Source: Kiritimatiellia bacterium (GTDB taxonomy: Bacteria > Verrucomicrobiota > Kiritimatiellia > JAAZAB01). From it: a stretch of DNA of 64,000 nucleotides. How positions within the stretch are numbered: position 1 is the stretch's first letter; every line of letters begins with the position of its first letter. This document shows, piece after piece, positions 9,562 to 18,848 of this stretch. The position numbers and the translations under genes were made by a program. Under the pieces are notes generated by a model. The model did no database searches. It was given only the letters and a program-made list of their open reading frames with translations, and was not told where the DNA came from. The DNA is taken from assembly GCA_040767085.1 (NCBI GenBank), contig JAXGPF010000006.1:1-64000 (forward strand), in the 5' to 3' direction.

Positions 9562-11205
9562 CTAGTCCAACTGGATGCCGTATACGCTTTCCTTGTCCGG
9601 GCTGAGCGACCGGGGCAAGCCGGTGACCTTCCGCAGCCGCTCGAAAAGGTCCGCGATTTTTCCGCCGCTGTCAGCCGCCAGGGCCAGGATGTTTTTCTGG
9701 GCAGCCGCCAGGGGGCCGATCCGTTCCTGCAGGGTCATGTCGACGGCGCAGTTCATGGCCGACAACGGCTGCGCCAGTTCCTGGACAATTTCGGCGACGA
9801 GTTCCAGCGTGCGGGCTTGCTGCTCCGCCGACAGGCGCCGCCAGCTGGCATCCGGCGCATCCAAACCGCCGGCCGTTTTTACCACCGCGCTTTCCAGGTC
9901 GTGAATTTTCCCGGCCGCCTGGTCGGCGGCGCGCTGCACCCCCTGCTGGACCTGCGCGATGGCCTGCTGCGCGGCGGGGGTATCGCCTTTTTCCGAGGAC
10001 ATCAGGCGGTCGAGTTTATCCAGCAAGGCGCCCAGGGCCGCCAGGCCGGCATAGGCTTCCGACGCGCCAGGCGCGTTGCCGCCCGCCCCGCTGCGGACCG
10101 CCAGTTCTTTCCAGCCTTCGGGAGTCATGCCGTTCGCCAGCATGCTGGATTTCAGGCCGGCGAGTTTATCGGGCGGCAGGGAACGCATGTAAGCCGCCAG
10201 ACGGGCGCCATCCGCCTCCAAGGCGTTCCGCCGTTGGGCGTAGTTCTGCGCAACCGCCTCCGCCGTCAAATCCTCGATCATTGACCCGACCGCATCGGCC
10301 ACGGCTTGCGGAGCCCTGCGGTCGCCGCCGGCCTTTTGCCGGAGCCGTTCCAGGATATCCTTCTCCAGCAGCATCATGGTCTGCTTGATCGCGGCGGGAT
10401 TGCGCGACTTGGCCGGCTGCTTGTTCAGTCCGTCGAACGTGCGGCGCAGGCAGCCGACGACGATATCCGCCAATGACTCGCCCTGGGCCGCCAGCGGGTC
10501 GCGCTGCCGGACTGCCGCCGCTTCCATGATCATCCGGCCCAACTGGTTGATATCCGCCGCGGTGTTCTGAAGCGCCTGCGCCGTCTCCTCGGAAAGCGCG
10601 CCGATGTCTCCCTTCAGAAAGGCCAGAATCTGCTGAACGCCGGCGGCCGGCGCCGGCGGTTCGGCGCTGTCGTCAATGGTCAATTCGAAGGCGCCATCCG
10701 CGCCGCGCTTGATGGCGCCGTCGGACAGGGCTTTTTTTTTGACCACCACTTCGCTCTCCTGCACCCGGGTGTACCGGCTGCTTTCCGGCTGGATGTGCCC
10801 GGACTTGTCGCCGAAAACCGTCGCGTCGGGCCCCTGGCCGAAGGCCAGGTTGCGCGCCAACTTGAACAATTCCTCCTCGGCGATACCCGGCGTCAGGCTG
10901 AACCCGGTGATTTCCAGTTTCTGCAGTTTACGGCGGACGAGGGCGATGAACGAAGTCTCGTTTTCCACCGCCAGGTTGTCCGCGAAAAGCTGGTCGTCCT
11001 GCAAGGCAAACCGGATTGGTTTCCGGGCCTTCAAAGCCGCGCTCAGGGAGGCATAGGCCTGCGCCAGGTATTGCCGGGTGATTTTGTGCTGGCCGCCATA
11101 CAGGCTGGTCGCATTGACCAACTGGCCCAGGGCATTGAGAAAATTCAGCGCCGGCCCGCCCGCCGGGGCGGCGCCCTCATCGGAATATTTTGCGTCAGCC
11201 GGCAT
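9562..11205 (-). CDS. Hypothetical helical signalling protein with a C-terminal degenerate HisKA-like segment
   Basis: Long ORF with plausible composition. The N-terminus (SLYGGQHKIT) resembles the N-domains of HD-GYP/HEAT proteins; the C-terminus has VAEIVQELAQPLSAM. Start uncertain (11205 or 11232). Confidence 0.65.
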   Translation of the reverse strand: MPADAKYSDEGAAPAGGPALNFLNALGQLVNATSLYGGQHKITRQYLAQAYASLSAALKARKPIRFALQDDQLFADNLAVENETSFIALVRRKLQKLEITGFSLTPGIAEEELFKLARNLAFGQGPDATVFGDKSGHIQPESSRYTRVQESEVVVKKKALSDGAIKRGADGAFELTIDDSAEPPAPAAGVQQILAFLKGDIGALSEETAQALQNTAADINQLGRMIMEAAAVRQRDPLAAQGESLADIVVGCLRRTFDGLNKQPAKSRNPAAIKQTMMLLEKDILERLRQKAGGDRRAPQAVADAVGSMIEDLTAEAVAQNYAQRRNALEADGARLAAYMRSLPPDKLAGLKSSMLANGMTPEGWKELAVRSGAGGNAPGASEAYAGLAALGALLDKLDRLMSSEKGDTPAAQQAIAQVQQGVQRAADQAAGKIHDLESAVVKTAGGLDAPDASWRRLSAEQQARTLELVAEIVQELAQPLSAMNCAVDMTLQERIGPLAAAQKNILALAADSGGKIADLFERLRKVTGLPRSLSPDKESVYGIQLD

Positions 11206-11382
11206 AATCCCCCCCGCGCCCTTTCCCTGCAACAGCCTACCTGCAACGCGAGCATTATGGCAACTGGCGCCGGGCTTGGCAAGCCGATAATCGCGCCAAA
11301 ATCATTACTGGCTATTCGCCGGCGTAAGACACGGGGGGGAACCATTTTTGCGGCGCGAAAAAATCACGCAGCCGGCAGGCAT

Positions 11383-11994
11383 TCATCTGGGCGCCGGCTG
11401 CAGGACCCCGCCGCCCAAACGGTTGCGCAGGTCGCTGACCAGCGCGGCATCGCCGAAGCCCGCGCCGTTGCTGTCCCGCCGGCGGGGGTTGGTGTGCCAC
11501 AGGAAGATTTCTTCGTAATCGGAAAGCCCGTCTCCGTCGGCGTCCGGCGCGGGCATCAGGGTCACCTTGAGCCGCCCGCGGGCGCCCGGGGACAGCGCGG
11601 CGTTGCCGCGCAGGAAAACATGCCCGGAACGTTCCACCTGGATATTGGCTTGCTCGCCGGCTGCATACACCCGGTTGGTCTGCCCGCTGAGGCGCAGCAG
11701 CAGGCTGTTGGCGGGCGCGTTGACGCCGAAATTGTCCTGCATGCGATCCGGGTCGCCCCCCGGACCGTACTCGCCGAAATCATCCCTCCACGTGCCTTCC
11801 GCCAGGCAGTGCAACACCTCGCCCTGGCGCACGGCAATGCCGCTGTTTTGCCATGGCTGGCCGGCGCTGACAAAGACGACGTATTCCACCGGGCGGTTTT
11901 CACGCACAACGCGGGGAGCGGCGCAGCCGCTCAGCAGCGCCGCGCTGCATAGCAGCGCCGCGCCGGCCGCAGGCAAATATTGGACCATGCTCAT
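11383..11994 (-). CDS. Lipoprotein with a LecA/PA-IL-like beta-sandwich and a C-terminal TSP3-like Ca-binding repeat
   Basis: Lipobox LLSGC; WQNSGIAVRQGEVL...AEGTW; DADGDGLSDYEE...TNPRRRDSNGAGFGD. Confidence 0.65.
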   Translation of the reverse strand: MSMVQYLPAAGAALLCSAALLSGCAAPRVVRENRPVEYVVFVSAGQPWQNSGIAVRQGEVLHCLAEGTWRDDFGEYGPGGDPDRMQDNFGVNAPANSLLLRLSGQTNRVYAAGEQANIQVERSGHVFLRGNAALSPGARGRLKVTLMPAPDADGDGLSDYEEIFLWHTNPRRRDSNGAGFGDAALVSDLRNRLGGGVLQPAPR

Positions 11995-11998
11995 CCCG

Positions 11999-13075
11999 TC
12001 ATCCGTTCTTGTGCGCGAATTCGCCCATGAATTCGGCCAGGGCCCGCGCCCCGGCCAGCGGCATGGCATTATAAACCGAAGCCCGCACGCCGCCCACCGA
12101 CCGGTGCCCCTTGAGGCCGGCCATGCCCTGCCGGGCGGCTTCCTTGACGAATTGCTCTTCCAACGCCTCGGTCGGCAGGCGGAAGGTGATGTTCATGTCC
12201 GACCGGCATTCCGGCGCGGCGGTGCCGCGGTAGAATTCCGCGGCGTCAATGGCGTTGTAAATGGCATCCGCTTTTTCCCGGTTGCGACGGTAGACCGTCT
12301 CCAGGCCCTGCTGCAGCAGCCAGCGCGAGACCAGCATCATCAGGTAGATGCTGAAGGTGGGCGGAGTGTTGTAAAGCGAATTCTCTTCGATATGGGTCCG
12401 GTAACTCAGCATGACCGGCAGGTTGGCCGGGGCGCGTTCGGCCAGGTCCTTGCGGATCGCCACCAGGGCAATGCCGGAGGGGCCGAGGTTTTTCTGGGCG
12501 CCGGCGTAAACCGCGCCGAATTGCCGGATATCGAACGGCCGGGACAGAATATCGGACGACATGTCCGCCACCAGGGGCGCCTCGGTCCGCGGGAAGGTCT
12601 TCCACTGGGTGCCGGCGATGGTTTCGTTGGAAGTCAGGTGCACGTAAGCCGCACCGGGCGTCAGTTTCAATTCCGCCGCCGCCGGCAGGCGGGCCGGCCG
12701 GGCCTTGGCGGTATCGGCGGCCACGCTGACCTGGCCGACCCGCTGCGCCTCCTTGATCGCCTTCGCGGCCCAGGAGCCGGAATTGATGTAATCGGCGGTC
12801 TGGCCGGCGGCCAGCAGGTTCAGGGGCAGCATGGCAAACTGCATGCTCGCGCCGCCGGGCAAAAACAGCACGGCGTAATCATCCGGGCAGTTCAGCAGTT
12901 TGCGGTAGTTGGCCACGGCTTCGTCATGGACGGCGGCGTAGGCCTTGGCACGATGGCTGCTTTCGATCAACGACATGCCCGTGCCCTGGAAATCCAGGAG
13001 TTCGCGTCCGGCTTCCGCCAGGACTTCCTCGGGCAGGATGGCGGGACCGGCGTTAAAATTGAAGATGCGCGTCAT
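11999..13075 (-). CDS. serC: Phosphoserine aminotransferase
   Basis: FNFNAGPAILP, ESSHR, NETIAG, ADMSSD, YAGAQKNLGPSG, NTPP and GHRSVGGVRASVYNAMP motifs. Confidence 0.97.
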   Translation of the reverse strand: MTRIFNFNAGPAILPEEVLAEAGRELLDFQGTGMSLIESSHRAKAYAAVHDEAVANYRKLLNCPDDYAVLFLPGGASMQFAMLPLNLLAAGQTADYINSGSWAAKAIKEAQRVGQVSVAADTAKARPARLPAAAELKLTPGAAYVHLTSNETIAGTQWKTFPRTEAPLVADMSSDILSRPFDIRQFGAVYAGAQKNLGPSGIALVAIRKDLAERAPANLPVMLSYRTHIEENSLYNTPPTFSIYLMMLVSRWLLQQGLETVYRRNREKADAIYNAIDAAEFYRGTAAPECRSDMNITFRLPTEALEEQFVKEAARQGMAGLKGHRSVGGVRASVYNAMPLAGARALAEFMGEFAHKNG

Positions 13076-13257
13076 TATTTATTCCTCCATGAAGCAGGCG
13101 TTGGCCCGGTTGGCATTGGTTGGCAGATGCTATTGATTTCGCGGTGAAAACACAAGATGAAACTCCGCGCTGAAATTTCTGGACAATTTGCGGCGGCAAT
13201 GCCATGATAAAGATGAGCAACTTGGTGTGTTCGCTTGCGAAAGGTAGGCGCCCGGCC

Positions 13258-13533
13258 ATGGCTTTCAAAGTCGCCGTGAATAAAATATATTGCAAGGGCT
13301 GCGGACTTTGCATCGAAGTCTGCCCCCGCAAGCTGTTGAGCCTGGCCCAGGACTACAACCAGCAAGGCCAGCCGGTGGCGAAGTTCGACCAGGACGGCGT
13401 CTGCATCGGCTGCCGGCAATGCGCCCTGATCTGTCCGGATGCCGCCATAGAAATAGAGCAAATTGAAAAAAAGACATCCCAGCAGAAAAAACGCCGCGGC
13501 GGAAAAAGAGCTGCGGCTGATGACCGGCAATGA
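13258..13533 (+). CDS. 2x[4Fe-4S] ferredoxin, delta subunit of 2-oxoacid:ferredoxin oxidoreductase
   Basis: CKGCGLCIEVCP and CIGCRQCALICP. Confidence 0.9.
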   Translation: MAFKVAVNKIYCKGCGLCIEVCPRKLLSLAQDYNQQGQPVAKFDQDGVCIGCRQCALICPDAAIEIEQIEKKTSQQKKRRGGKRAAADDRQ

Positions 13534-14560
13534 AGCCGTGGGTGAAGGCGCGATCCGCGCCGGGTGCCAGTGTTATTTCGGCTACCCCATCACCCCGCAG
13601 AATGAATTGGCGGCCTACATGTCGGCGCAGATGCCGGCCCGCGGCCGCGTCTTCCTCCAGTCCGAAAGCGAACTGGCGGCCATCAGCATGGTCTACGGCG
13701 CGGCGGCGGCGGGCGTGCGGACCATGACCACCTCTTCCTCGCCGGGCATCAGCCTGATGCAGGAAGGTTTGTCATACATGGCGGGTGCGCGGTTGCCGGC
13801 GGTGGTAGTGAACGTCGAGCGGGGCGGCCCGGGCCTGGGCAGCATTGACCCGTCCCAAGCCGATTATTTCCAGGCCGTCAAGGGCGGCGGCCACGGGGAT
13901 TACCACCTGATCGTGCTGGCCCCCGCCTCGGTGCAGGAAATGCACGACTTGACCATCGAGGCGTTTCAACTGGCTGACCGTTACCGACTGCCGGTGATGG
14001 TGCTGGCCGACGGGCGCATCGGCCAGATGATGGAACCGATCCGGCTGCATGCCGGCCCGCCGCCGAAGGCGCCCGACAAGCACTGGGCGCTGACCGGCGC
14101 CCGCAACCGGCCGCCGAACTGCATCCGCTCGCTGTTCGTAAAGGAAGGCGAACTGGAAAACCACAATTACCTGCTGCAGGCCGCCTATGAAAAAGTCCGG
14201 CAGCGCGAATGCCGGGCGGCGGAAACCGGCGCGGCCGATTGCCAGACCCTGCTGGTGGCCTGGGGCACCTGCGCCCGCCTGGCGCGCGGCGTCGCGGCCC
14301 GCGCCCGCGCCGCCGGCGGCAAGATCGGCGTCTTCCGCCCCATCACCCTGTGGCCATTCCCGGAAAAACAGCTGCTCGCCCTGGCCGGCCGGGTCAAGAA
14401 CATCCTGGTGGTGGAAATGAATTGCGGCCAGATGCTGGAAGACGTGCAGCGCATCGTCGGCCAGCGCGCGCCGGTGTATTTCAAGGGATACCCCGGCGGG
14501 AAAGTGCCGACGGAAACGGAAATCTTCGACGCGGCCATGGCGGTGCATACCGGCAAATGA
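13463..14560 (+). CDS. vorB: 2-oxoacid:ferredoxin oxidoreductase alpha subunit (VorB-like)
   Basis: GNEA, FGYPITPQNE, ESELAA, TSSSPGISL, RGGPGLG and GGGHGDY. Start is TTG 13463 or ATG 13520. Confidence 0.88.
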   Translation: MKKRHPSRKNAAAEKELRLMTGNEAVGEGAIRAGCQCYFGYPITPQNELAAYMSAQMPARGRVFLQSESELAAISMVYGAAAAGVRTMTTSSSPGISLMQEGLSYMAGARLPAVVVNVERGGPGLGSIDPSQADYFQAVKGGGHGDYHLIVLAPASVQEMHDLTIEAFQLADRYRLPVMVLADGRIGQMMEPIRLHAGPPPKAPDKHWALTGARNRPPNCIRSLFVKEGELENHNYLLQAAYEKVRQRECRAAETGAADCQTLLVAWGTCARLARGVAARARAAGGKIGVFRPITLWPFPEKQLLALAGRVKNILVVEMNCGQMLEDVQRIVGQRAPVYFKGYPGGKVPTETEIFDAAMAVHTGK

Positions 14561-15339
14561 AAGCTACCAAACCAACGCATTCCTCCCGCAAGATGATCTA
14601 CCGGCGGCCGGACGCCCTGACCGCCAAGCCGATGCATTACTGCGCCGGCTGCGGCCACAGTTTCGTGCATAAGGCGCTGGCGCAGGTGCTGGACGACCTG
14701 GGCATCCGCGAACGCACCATCGGCATCGCGCCGGTGGGCTGCGCCGTCTTCGCCTACTTTTATCTCCGTTGCGACATCTCCGAGGCGGCGCATGGCCGCG
14801 CCGCCGCCGTCGCCACGGGCATCAAGCGTTCCCTGCCGGACCGCATCGTGTTTTCCTACCAGGGCGACGGCGACCTGGCCGCCATCGGCCTGGCCGAAAC
14901 CGTGCATGCCGCCAACCGCGGCGAAAATATCACTGTCATCTTCGTCAACAACACCGTCTACGGCATGACGGGAGGGCAGATGGCCCCCACCACCCTGCCC
15001 GGCCAGACCACGGCCACCAGCCCCTGCGGCCGCCAGACCGACACCATGGGCTACCATCTCCGCATGTGCGAATTGTTGAACACGCTGGACGCTCCGTATT
15101 ACATTGAGCGGGTGGCGCTGGACGGCGTCCGCGGCGTGCAGCGCATGGAGCAGGCGCTTGCCACCGCGTTCACGGCGCAAATCCAGGGCAAGGGTTACAG
15201 TTTCGTCGAAGTCCTTTCGCCCTGCCCCACCTATTTCCGCCGGTCCGCCGCCGATTCGCTGCGCTTCGTCGGGGAGCAGATGCGCGCCGCCTTCCCCGTG
15301 CGCGTTTTCCGCAAAGAAGGGATCGTGCAAAATGCTTGA
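14557..15339 (+). CDS. 2-oxoacid:ferredoxin oxidoreductase beta (ThDP-binding) subunit
   Basis: HYCAGCGH, PVGCAV, HGRA, YQGDGDLAAIG and NNTVYGMTGGQMAPTT; ATGA overlap with the alpha-subunit stop. Confidence 0.92.
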   Translation: MKATKPTHSSRKMIYRRPDALTAKPMHYCAGCGHSFVHKALAQVLDDLGIRERTIGIAPVGCAVFAYFYLRCDISEAAHGRAAAVATGIKRSLPDRIVFSYQGDGDLAAIGLAETVHAANRGENITVIFVNNTVYGMTGGQMAPTTLPGQTTATSPCGRQTDTMGYHLRMCELLNTLDAPYYIERVALDGVRGVQRMEQALATAFTAQIQGKGYSFVEVLSPCPTYFRRSAADSLRFVGEQMRAAFPVRVFRKEGIVQNA

Positions 15340-15853
15340 ACGCGTCATTATCGCCGGCGCCGGCGGCCAGGGCGTGATCCTGCTGGGCAAGCTGATTGCC
15401 CGCATGGCCGTGGGCAAGGTGCCGCATGTGACCTTTTTCCCGGCCTACGGCGCCGAAGTCCGCGGCGGCACCGCGCATTGCGAAGTCATCCTCTCGTCCC
15501 GCGAAATCGCTTCGCCCTGCGCCGAGCAGGCGGATATCCTCATCCTGATGAACCAGCATGGCGCCCAGGAAATGGTTCACCGGCTGGCGCCGGGCGGCCT
15601 GGCCCTGGTCAACAGCTCCCTGTGCCGCGTCGCCGTCCGGCCGGGCCAGACCCTCGCCGACCTGCCCGCCAGCAACCTGGCCGATCAGGCCGGCAGCCCG
15701 CGCTCCGCCAACCTGGTGATGCTGGGGGCGCTGCTGCGCCGCAAATCATGGTTCACCGACAGGGAAGTCGAACAAGCTATCCGCGACAGTTTCGCCGGCG
15801 CGGTGCTGGACGTCAACCTGCGGGCGCTGCAGGCGGGTCTGGCGCACGCATGA
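15332..15853 (+). CDS. 2-oxoacid:ferredoxin oxidoreductase gamma subunit
   Basis: IIAGAGGQGV, PAYGAEVRGGTA and ANLVMLGA. Confidence 0.92.
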   Translation: MLERVIIAGAGGQGVILLGKLIARMAVGKVPHVTFFPAYGAEVRGGTAHCEVILSSREIASPCAEQADILILMNQHGAQEMVHRLAPGGLALVNSSLCRVAVRPGQTLADLPASNLADQAGSPRSANLVMLGALLRRKSWFTDREVEQAIRDSFAGAVLDVNLRALQAGLAHA

Positions 15854-15943
15854 ATGCGCGCGGCCGGACGGCGCATTGGCCAGCCGGCGGCATCCGCCCC
15901 CGGCCCAACGACACCTGAAGATTAAACCGTCTGCATCCCCATC

Positions 15944-16636
15944 ATGCGCTGGATATATTCTCTGCTGGGCATCCTGCTGCTGCCGGCGGCGGCCATCTGC
16001 TCCCGCACCTGCTGGGTTCTGCTGCGGACCTGGTGGGCCGCGCCGGAAGGATCGCGCTCAATTCTGGCGCTGGCGGCCGGCACGCTGTTCTGGCTGGCCG
16101 CGCTGGCGCTGCTGCCGGCGCCGGCGCGGGCTTATGTCCTGGCCCATGAAATCACCCATGCCCTGTGGGGAACGGCCATGGGCGCCCGCTTCTGCGGCAT
16201 GCGCGTCTCCCGCGCGGGCGGCTACGTCAAACTCTCGGAACATAATTGCCTGGTGGCCCTGGCGCCATATTTCTTCCCGTTTTACACGGCGCTGATCCTG
16301 CTGGCCTGGTGGATTTGCTCCTGGTTCGCCGGTCCGGCGGCCGGACGCTGGCTCTGGCTGGCCGCCCTGGGCGCCAGCCTGGGCTTTCATTGCACTTTCA
16401 CCCTGCAGGCGCTGGTCCGCCGCCAGGCTGACTTGCAGGCATACGGCCGGCTTTTTCCCTATATCCTGATTTATTCCGGTAATGTCTTCGGCCTGGCCCT
16501 GCTGGCCGCCCTGCTGGCCGGCGCGCCTTTGTCCGCCTGGACCGGACAATTGGCCCGGGACGCCCAATCCGTCTGGTCCACCCTGGGTCAAGCCGCCGGC
16601 TGGTCATGGCAATCCCTGCAGTCCTTATTCCCTTAA
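15944..16636 (+). CDS. Membrane zinc metalloprotease-like protein (M50/M50B-like)
   Basis: HEITH (HExxH) within hydrophobic helices, followed by GGYV and LAPYFFP. Confidence 0.7.
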   Translation: MRWIYSLLGILLLPAAAICSRTCWVLLRTWWAAPEGSRSILALAAGTLFWLAALALLPAPARAYVLAHEITHALWGTAMGARFCGMRVSRAGGYVKLSEHNCLVALAPYFFPFYTALILLAWWICSWFAGPAAGRWLWLAALGASLGFHCTFTLQALVRRQADLQAYGRLFPYILIYSGNVFGLALLAALLAGAPLSAWTGQLARDAQSVWSTLGQAAGWSWQSLQSLFP

Positions 16637-16697
16637 TTTTGCACAAATCTTGGTGTTGAAATGATTTAAAGCAATCATAGAGCGTGCAAAATTAAGA
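16631..16697. mobile_element. MITE-like element C, copy 1
   Basis: Terminal inverted repeats CCTTAATTTTGCAC / GTGCAAAATTAAGA, an AT-rich interior and flanks TATTC / TATTA. Confidence 0.6.
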
Positions 16698-16777
16698 TAT
16701 TACCCAACCGCCCGGCCGGCGGCGCACAATAAAAGCCGCCGTCCGACGTTAATCTCTACAGGGGAGCAAAGCAAGGC

Positions 16778-17347
16778 ATGACCGGCGCCGGACCACCGAC
16801 AGATTTCCAGTTGATCCAGCGCTACCGCCGCGGCGACCTGCGGGCGATGGAGGAACTCGTGGAACGGTACCAGCAAAAACTGTTCGGCTACGTCTTCAAT
16901 GCGACCCGCCACCGCCAGGAAACGGAGGAAATTTACCAGGATACCTGGCTGCGGGTGGTGAAAAACATGGCGCGCTACCATGACCGCTGTTTTTCGGCCT
17001 GGCTGTTCCGCATCGCCCGCAACCTGATCATTGACCGACGGCGCGGCCGGCGCGAACTGGCCAGCCTTGACCGCGAAAATGCCGCCGGCGGCGTCCTGCG
17101 GGACGCCCTGCCGGATGCCGCCCCGGCGCCGGACGCCCGCACGGCGGAGCGGGACTTGCGCGGCCAGCTGGACGCCGCCGTCGAGCAGTTGCCGGACGAT
17201 CAGCGCGAAGTGTTTCGGTTGCGCATGGACGGCGGCCTCTCGTTCAAGGAAATCGCCGCCGTCCAGGGAGTTTCCATCAACACCGCCCTGGCGCGGATGC
17301 AATACGCGCTGGTAAAATTAAGGAGCGCCGTAAAACGCGACGGGTAA
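16778..17347 (+). CDS. ECF RNA polymerase sigma factor
   Basis: EEIYQDTWL, FSAWLFRIARNLIIDRRR and LPDDQREVF...GLSFKEIA...SINT. Confidence 0.93.
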   Translation: MTGAGPPTDFQLIQRYRRGDLRAMEELVERYQQKLFGYVFNATRHRQETEEIYQDTWLRVVKNMARYHDRCFSAWLFRIARNLIIDRRRGRRELASLDRENAAGGVLRDALPDAAPAPDARTAERDLRGQLDAAVEQLPDDQREVFRLRMDGGLSFKEIAAVQGVSINTALARMQYALVKLRSAVKRDG

Positions 17348-17351
17348 TCCC

Positions 17352-17867
17352 ATGCAATGTCAAACCTGGCAGAAATGGATTTTGCTGGAAGCCAGCGGCG
17401 AGTTGGCCGGCTGGCGCCGGCGGCGGCTGGCACGCCATCTCCAGGCGTGCGAAGCCTGCCGCGTTTTTCAGCGCCATCTGGCTGAAATCAGCCGGCTTCA
17501 TCAGCCGGCGGCCGCGCAGCCCGCGCCGGCTACCGCCAATGCCGTCCGCGCCTTGATCCGCGCGCATATGAGCCCGGCCGCATCCGCGCCGGCATGGGCT
17601 GCCTGGGGCCATCCGCGCCGCCGGCTGCCGGCGGCCGCGGCCCTGGCGCTGTTGCTGGCTGGTATCGGCTGGTTGTGGACGGCCATCCGGCCCGCCCCGC
17701 CGGCGCCCCTGCTCGCCGCCCGATCGGCGGCGGCCGAACAGCCCGACCAGGCGCTGGACCTGCTGCTGACGGACAACGTGGTGGAAATCCGGCGCGCAGC
17801 GGAGTTAAACGGGTCCGCCACGCCGCTGGAAATGGAAATGATGCTGCTGGAGGGCTTGCTGATCTGA
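17352..17867 (+). CDS. Anti-sigma factor, zf-HC2 (ZAS) type with one TM helix
   Basis: HLQACEAC (HxxxCxxC) and one TM segment; directly downstream of the ECF sigma. Confidence 0.8.
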   Translation: MQCQTWQKWILLEASGELAGWRRRRLARHLQACEACRVFQRHLAEISRLHQPAAAQPAPATANAVRALIRAHMSPAASAPAWAAWGHPRRRLPAAAALALLLAGIGWLWTAIRPAPPAPLLAARSAAAEQPDQALDLLLTDNVVEIRRAAELNGSATPLEMEMMLLEGLLI

Positions 17868-17872
17868 TCCGG

Positions 17873-18232
17873 CTAAACCTCCACCCGCGGCATGGCCGCC
17901 CATAACTCTTCCAGGTTGTAATACCCGCGGGTTTCCCGGTTGAAGATGTGCAGCACCACGTCCAGGTAATCGACGACGATCCAGCCGCTGTCCGGCGTGC
18001 CGGACTTGCGGTGGCAGGCCGCCCCGCGCGCCTTCATGGCCATCCGCACGGCATTGTGCAGCGCCTTGATATGCGGGGTGGAAAGAGCGGAGACCAGCAG
18101 GTAATAATCCGCCACGCCTGACAGGCTGCGCACATCGAAGGCCATGATATCGCGCCCTTGCTTTTCGCGGAGGGCTTCCGCCATCCAACCGAGCAGGATC
18201 CGGGACGCCGGTGTGGTTTCTTCAGTTTTCAT
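17873..18232 (-). CDS. rsfS: Ribosome silencing factor
   Basis: EKQGRDI...ADYYLLVS...WIVVDYLDVVLHIF...RGYYNLEELW. Confidence 0.95.
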   Translation of the reverse strand: MKTEETTPASRILLGWMAEALREKQGRDIMAFDVRSLSGVADYYLLVSALSTPHIKALHNAVRMAMKARGAACHRKSGTPDSGWIVVDYLDVVLHIFNRETRGYYNLEELWAAMPRVEV

Positions 18233-18848
18233 TGTAATACAAGCGATGCTCCATGATGTACATTTCCACGGCCGGCGGCGTCAGGTAGGCTATCCGCAAT
18301 CCTTCCGCCACCCGGTAGCGGATGTCGGAAGATGAAATATCCACCTGGTGGCCGGTGGCCAGGTTGGCCAGCAGTTTCTCCGGCCAGGGCGCGGGCAGTT
18401 GCAGCCGGCCCGCCAGGTCCGGGGTAATCGCGAATCCCGGCCGGGTCAGCGTGATGAAAGAGCACAGTTCCAGCAATTCGCCGATGGCTTTCCAGGTGTG
18501 CAGTTCCAGCAGGGTATCGGCGCCGATGATGAAATAAAGGGCGGCGGCGGGATAGCGGCGCGCCAGTTCCCGCATGGTGTCGATGGAATAGCTCGTGCCG
18601 CCGCGGCGGACTTCCAGGTCGCAGACTTCAAAAAGCAGGCTGCCTTCCAGCGCCGCCTCCAGCATGGCCACCCGGTGCGCTGTGGACGCCAGCTGGCGCG
18701 CCGTTTTGTGCGGCGGGCAGTCGCAGGGCAAAAACAGCACGCGCGACAAATCGAAAGCGTCGGCGGCGTCCTGCGCGGCAATCAGATGGCCCAGATGCAC
18801 CGGGTTGAACGTGCCGCCGAAGACGCCCAGACGCTGTTTGTTATTCAT
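18222..18848 (-). CDS. nadD: Nicotinate-nucleotide adenylyltransferase
   Basis: GGTFNPVHLGH, PPHK, SYSIDT, FIIGAD and ISSSDIR. Confidence 0.96.
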   Translation of the reverse strand: MNNKQRLGVFGGTFNPVHLGHLIAAQDAADAFDLSRVLFLPCDCPPHKTARQLASTAHRVAMLEAALEGSLLFEVCDLEVRRGGTSYSIDTMRELARRYPAAALYFIIGADTLLELHTWKAIGELLELCSFITLTRPGFAITPDLAGRLQLPAPWPEKLLANLATGHQVDISSSDIRYRVAEGLRIAYLTPPAVEMYIMEHRLYYNEN

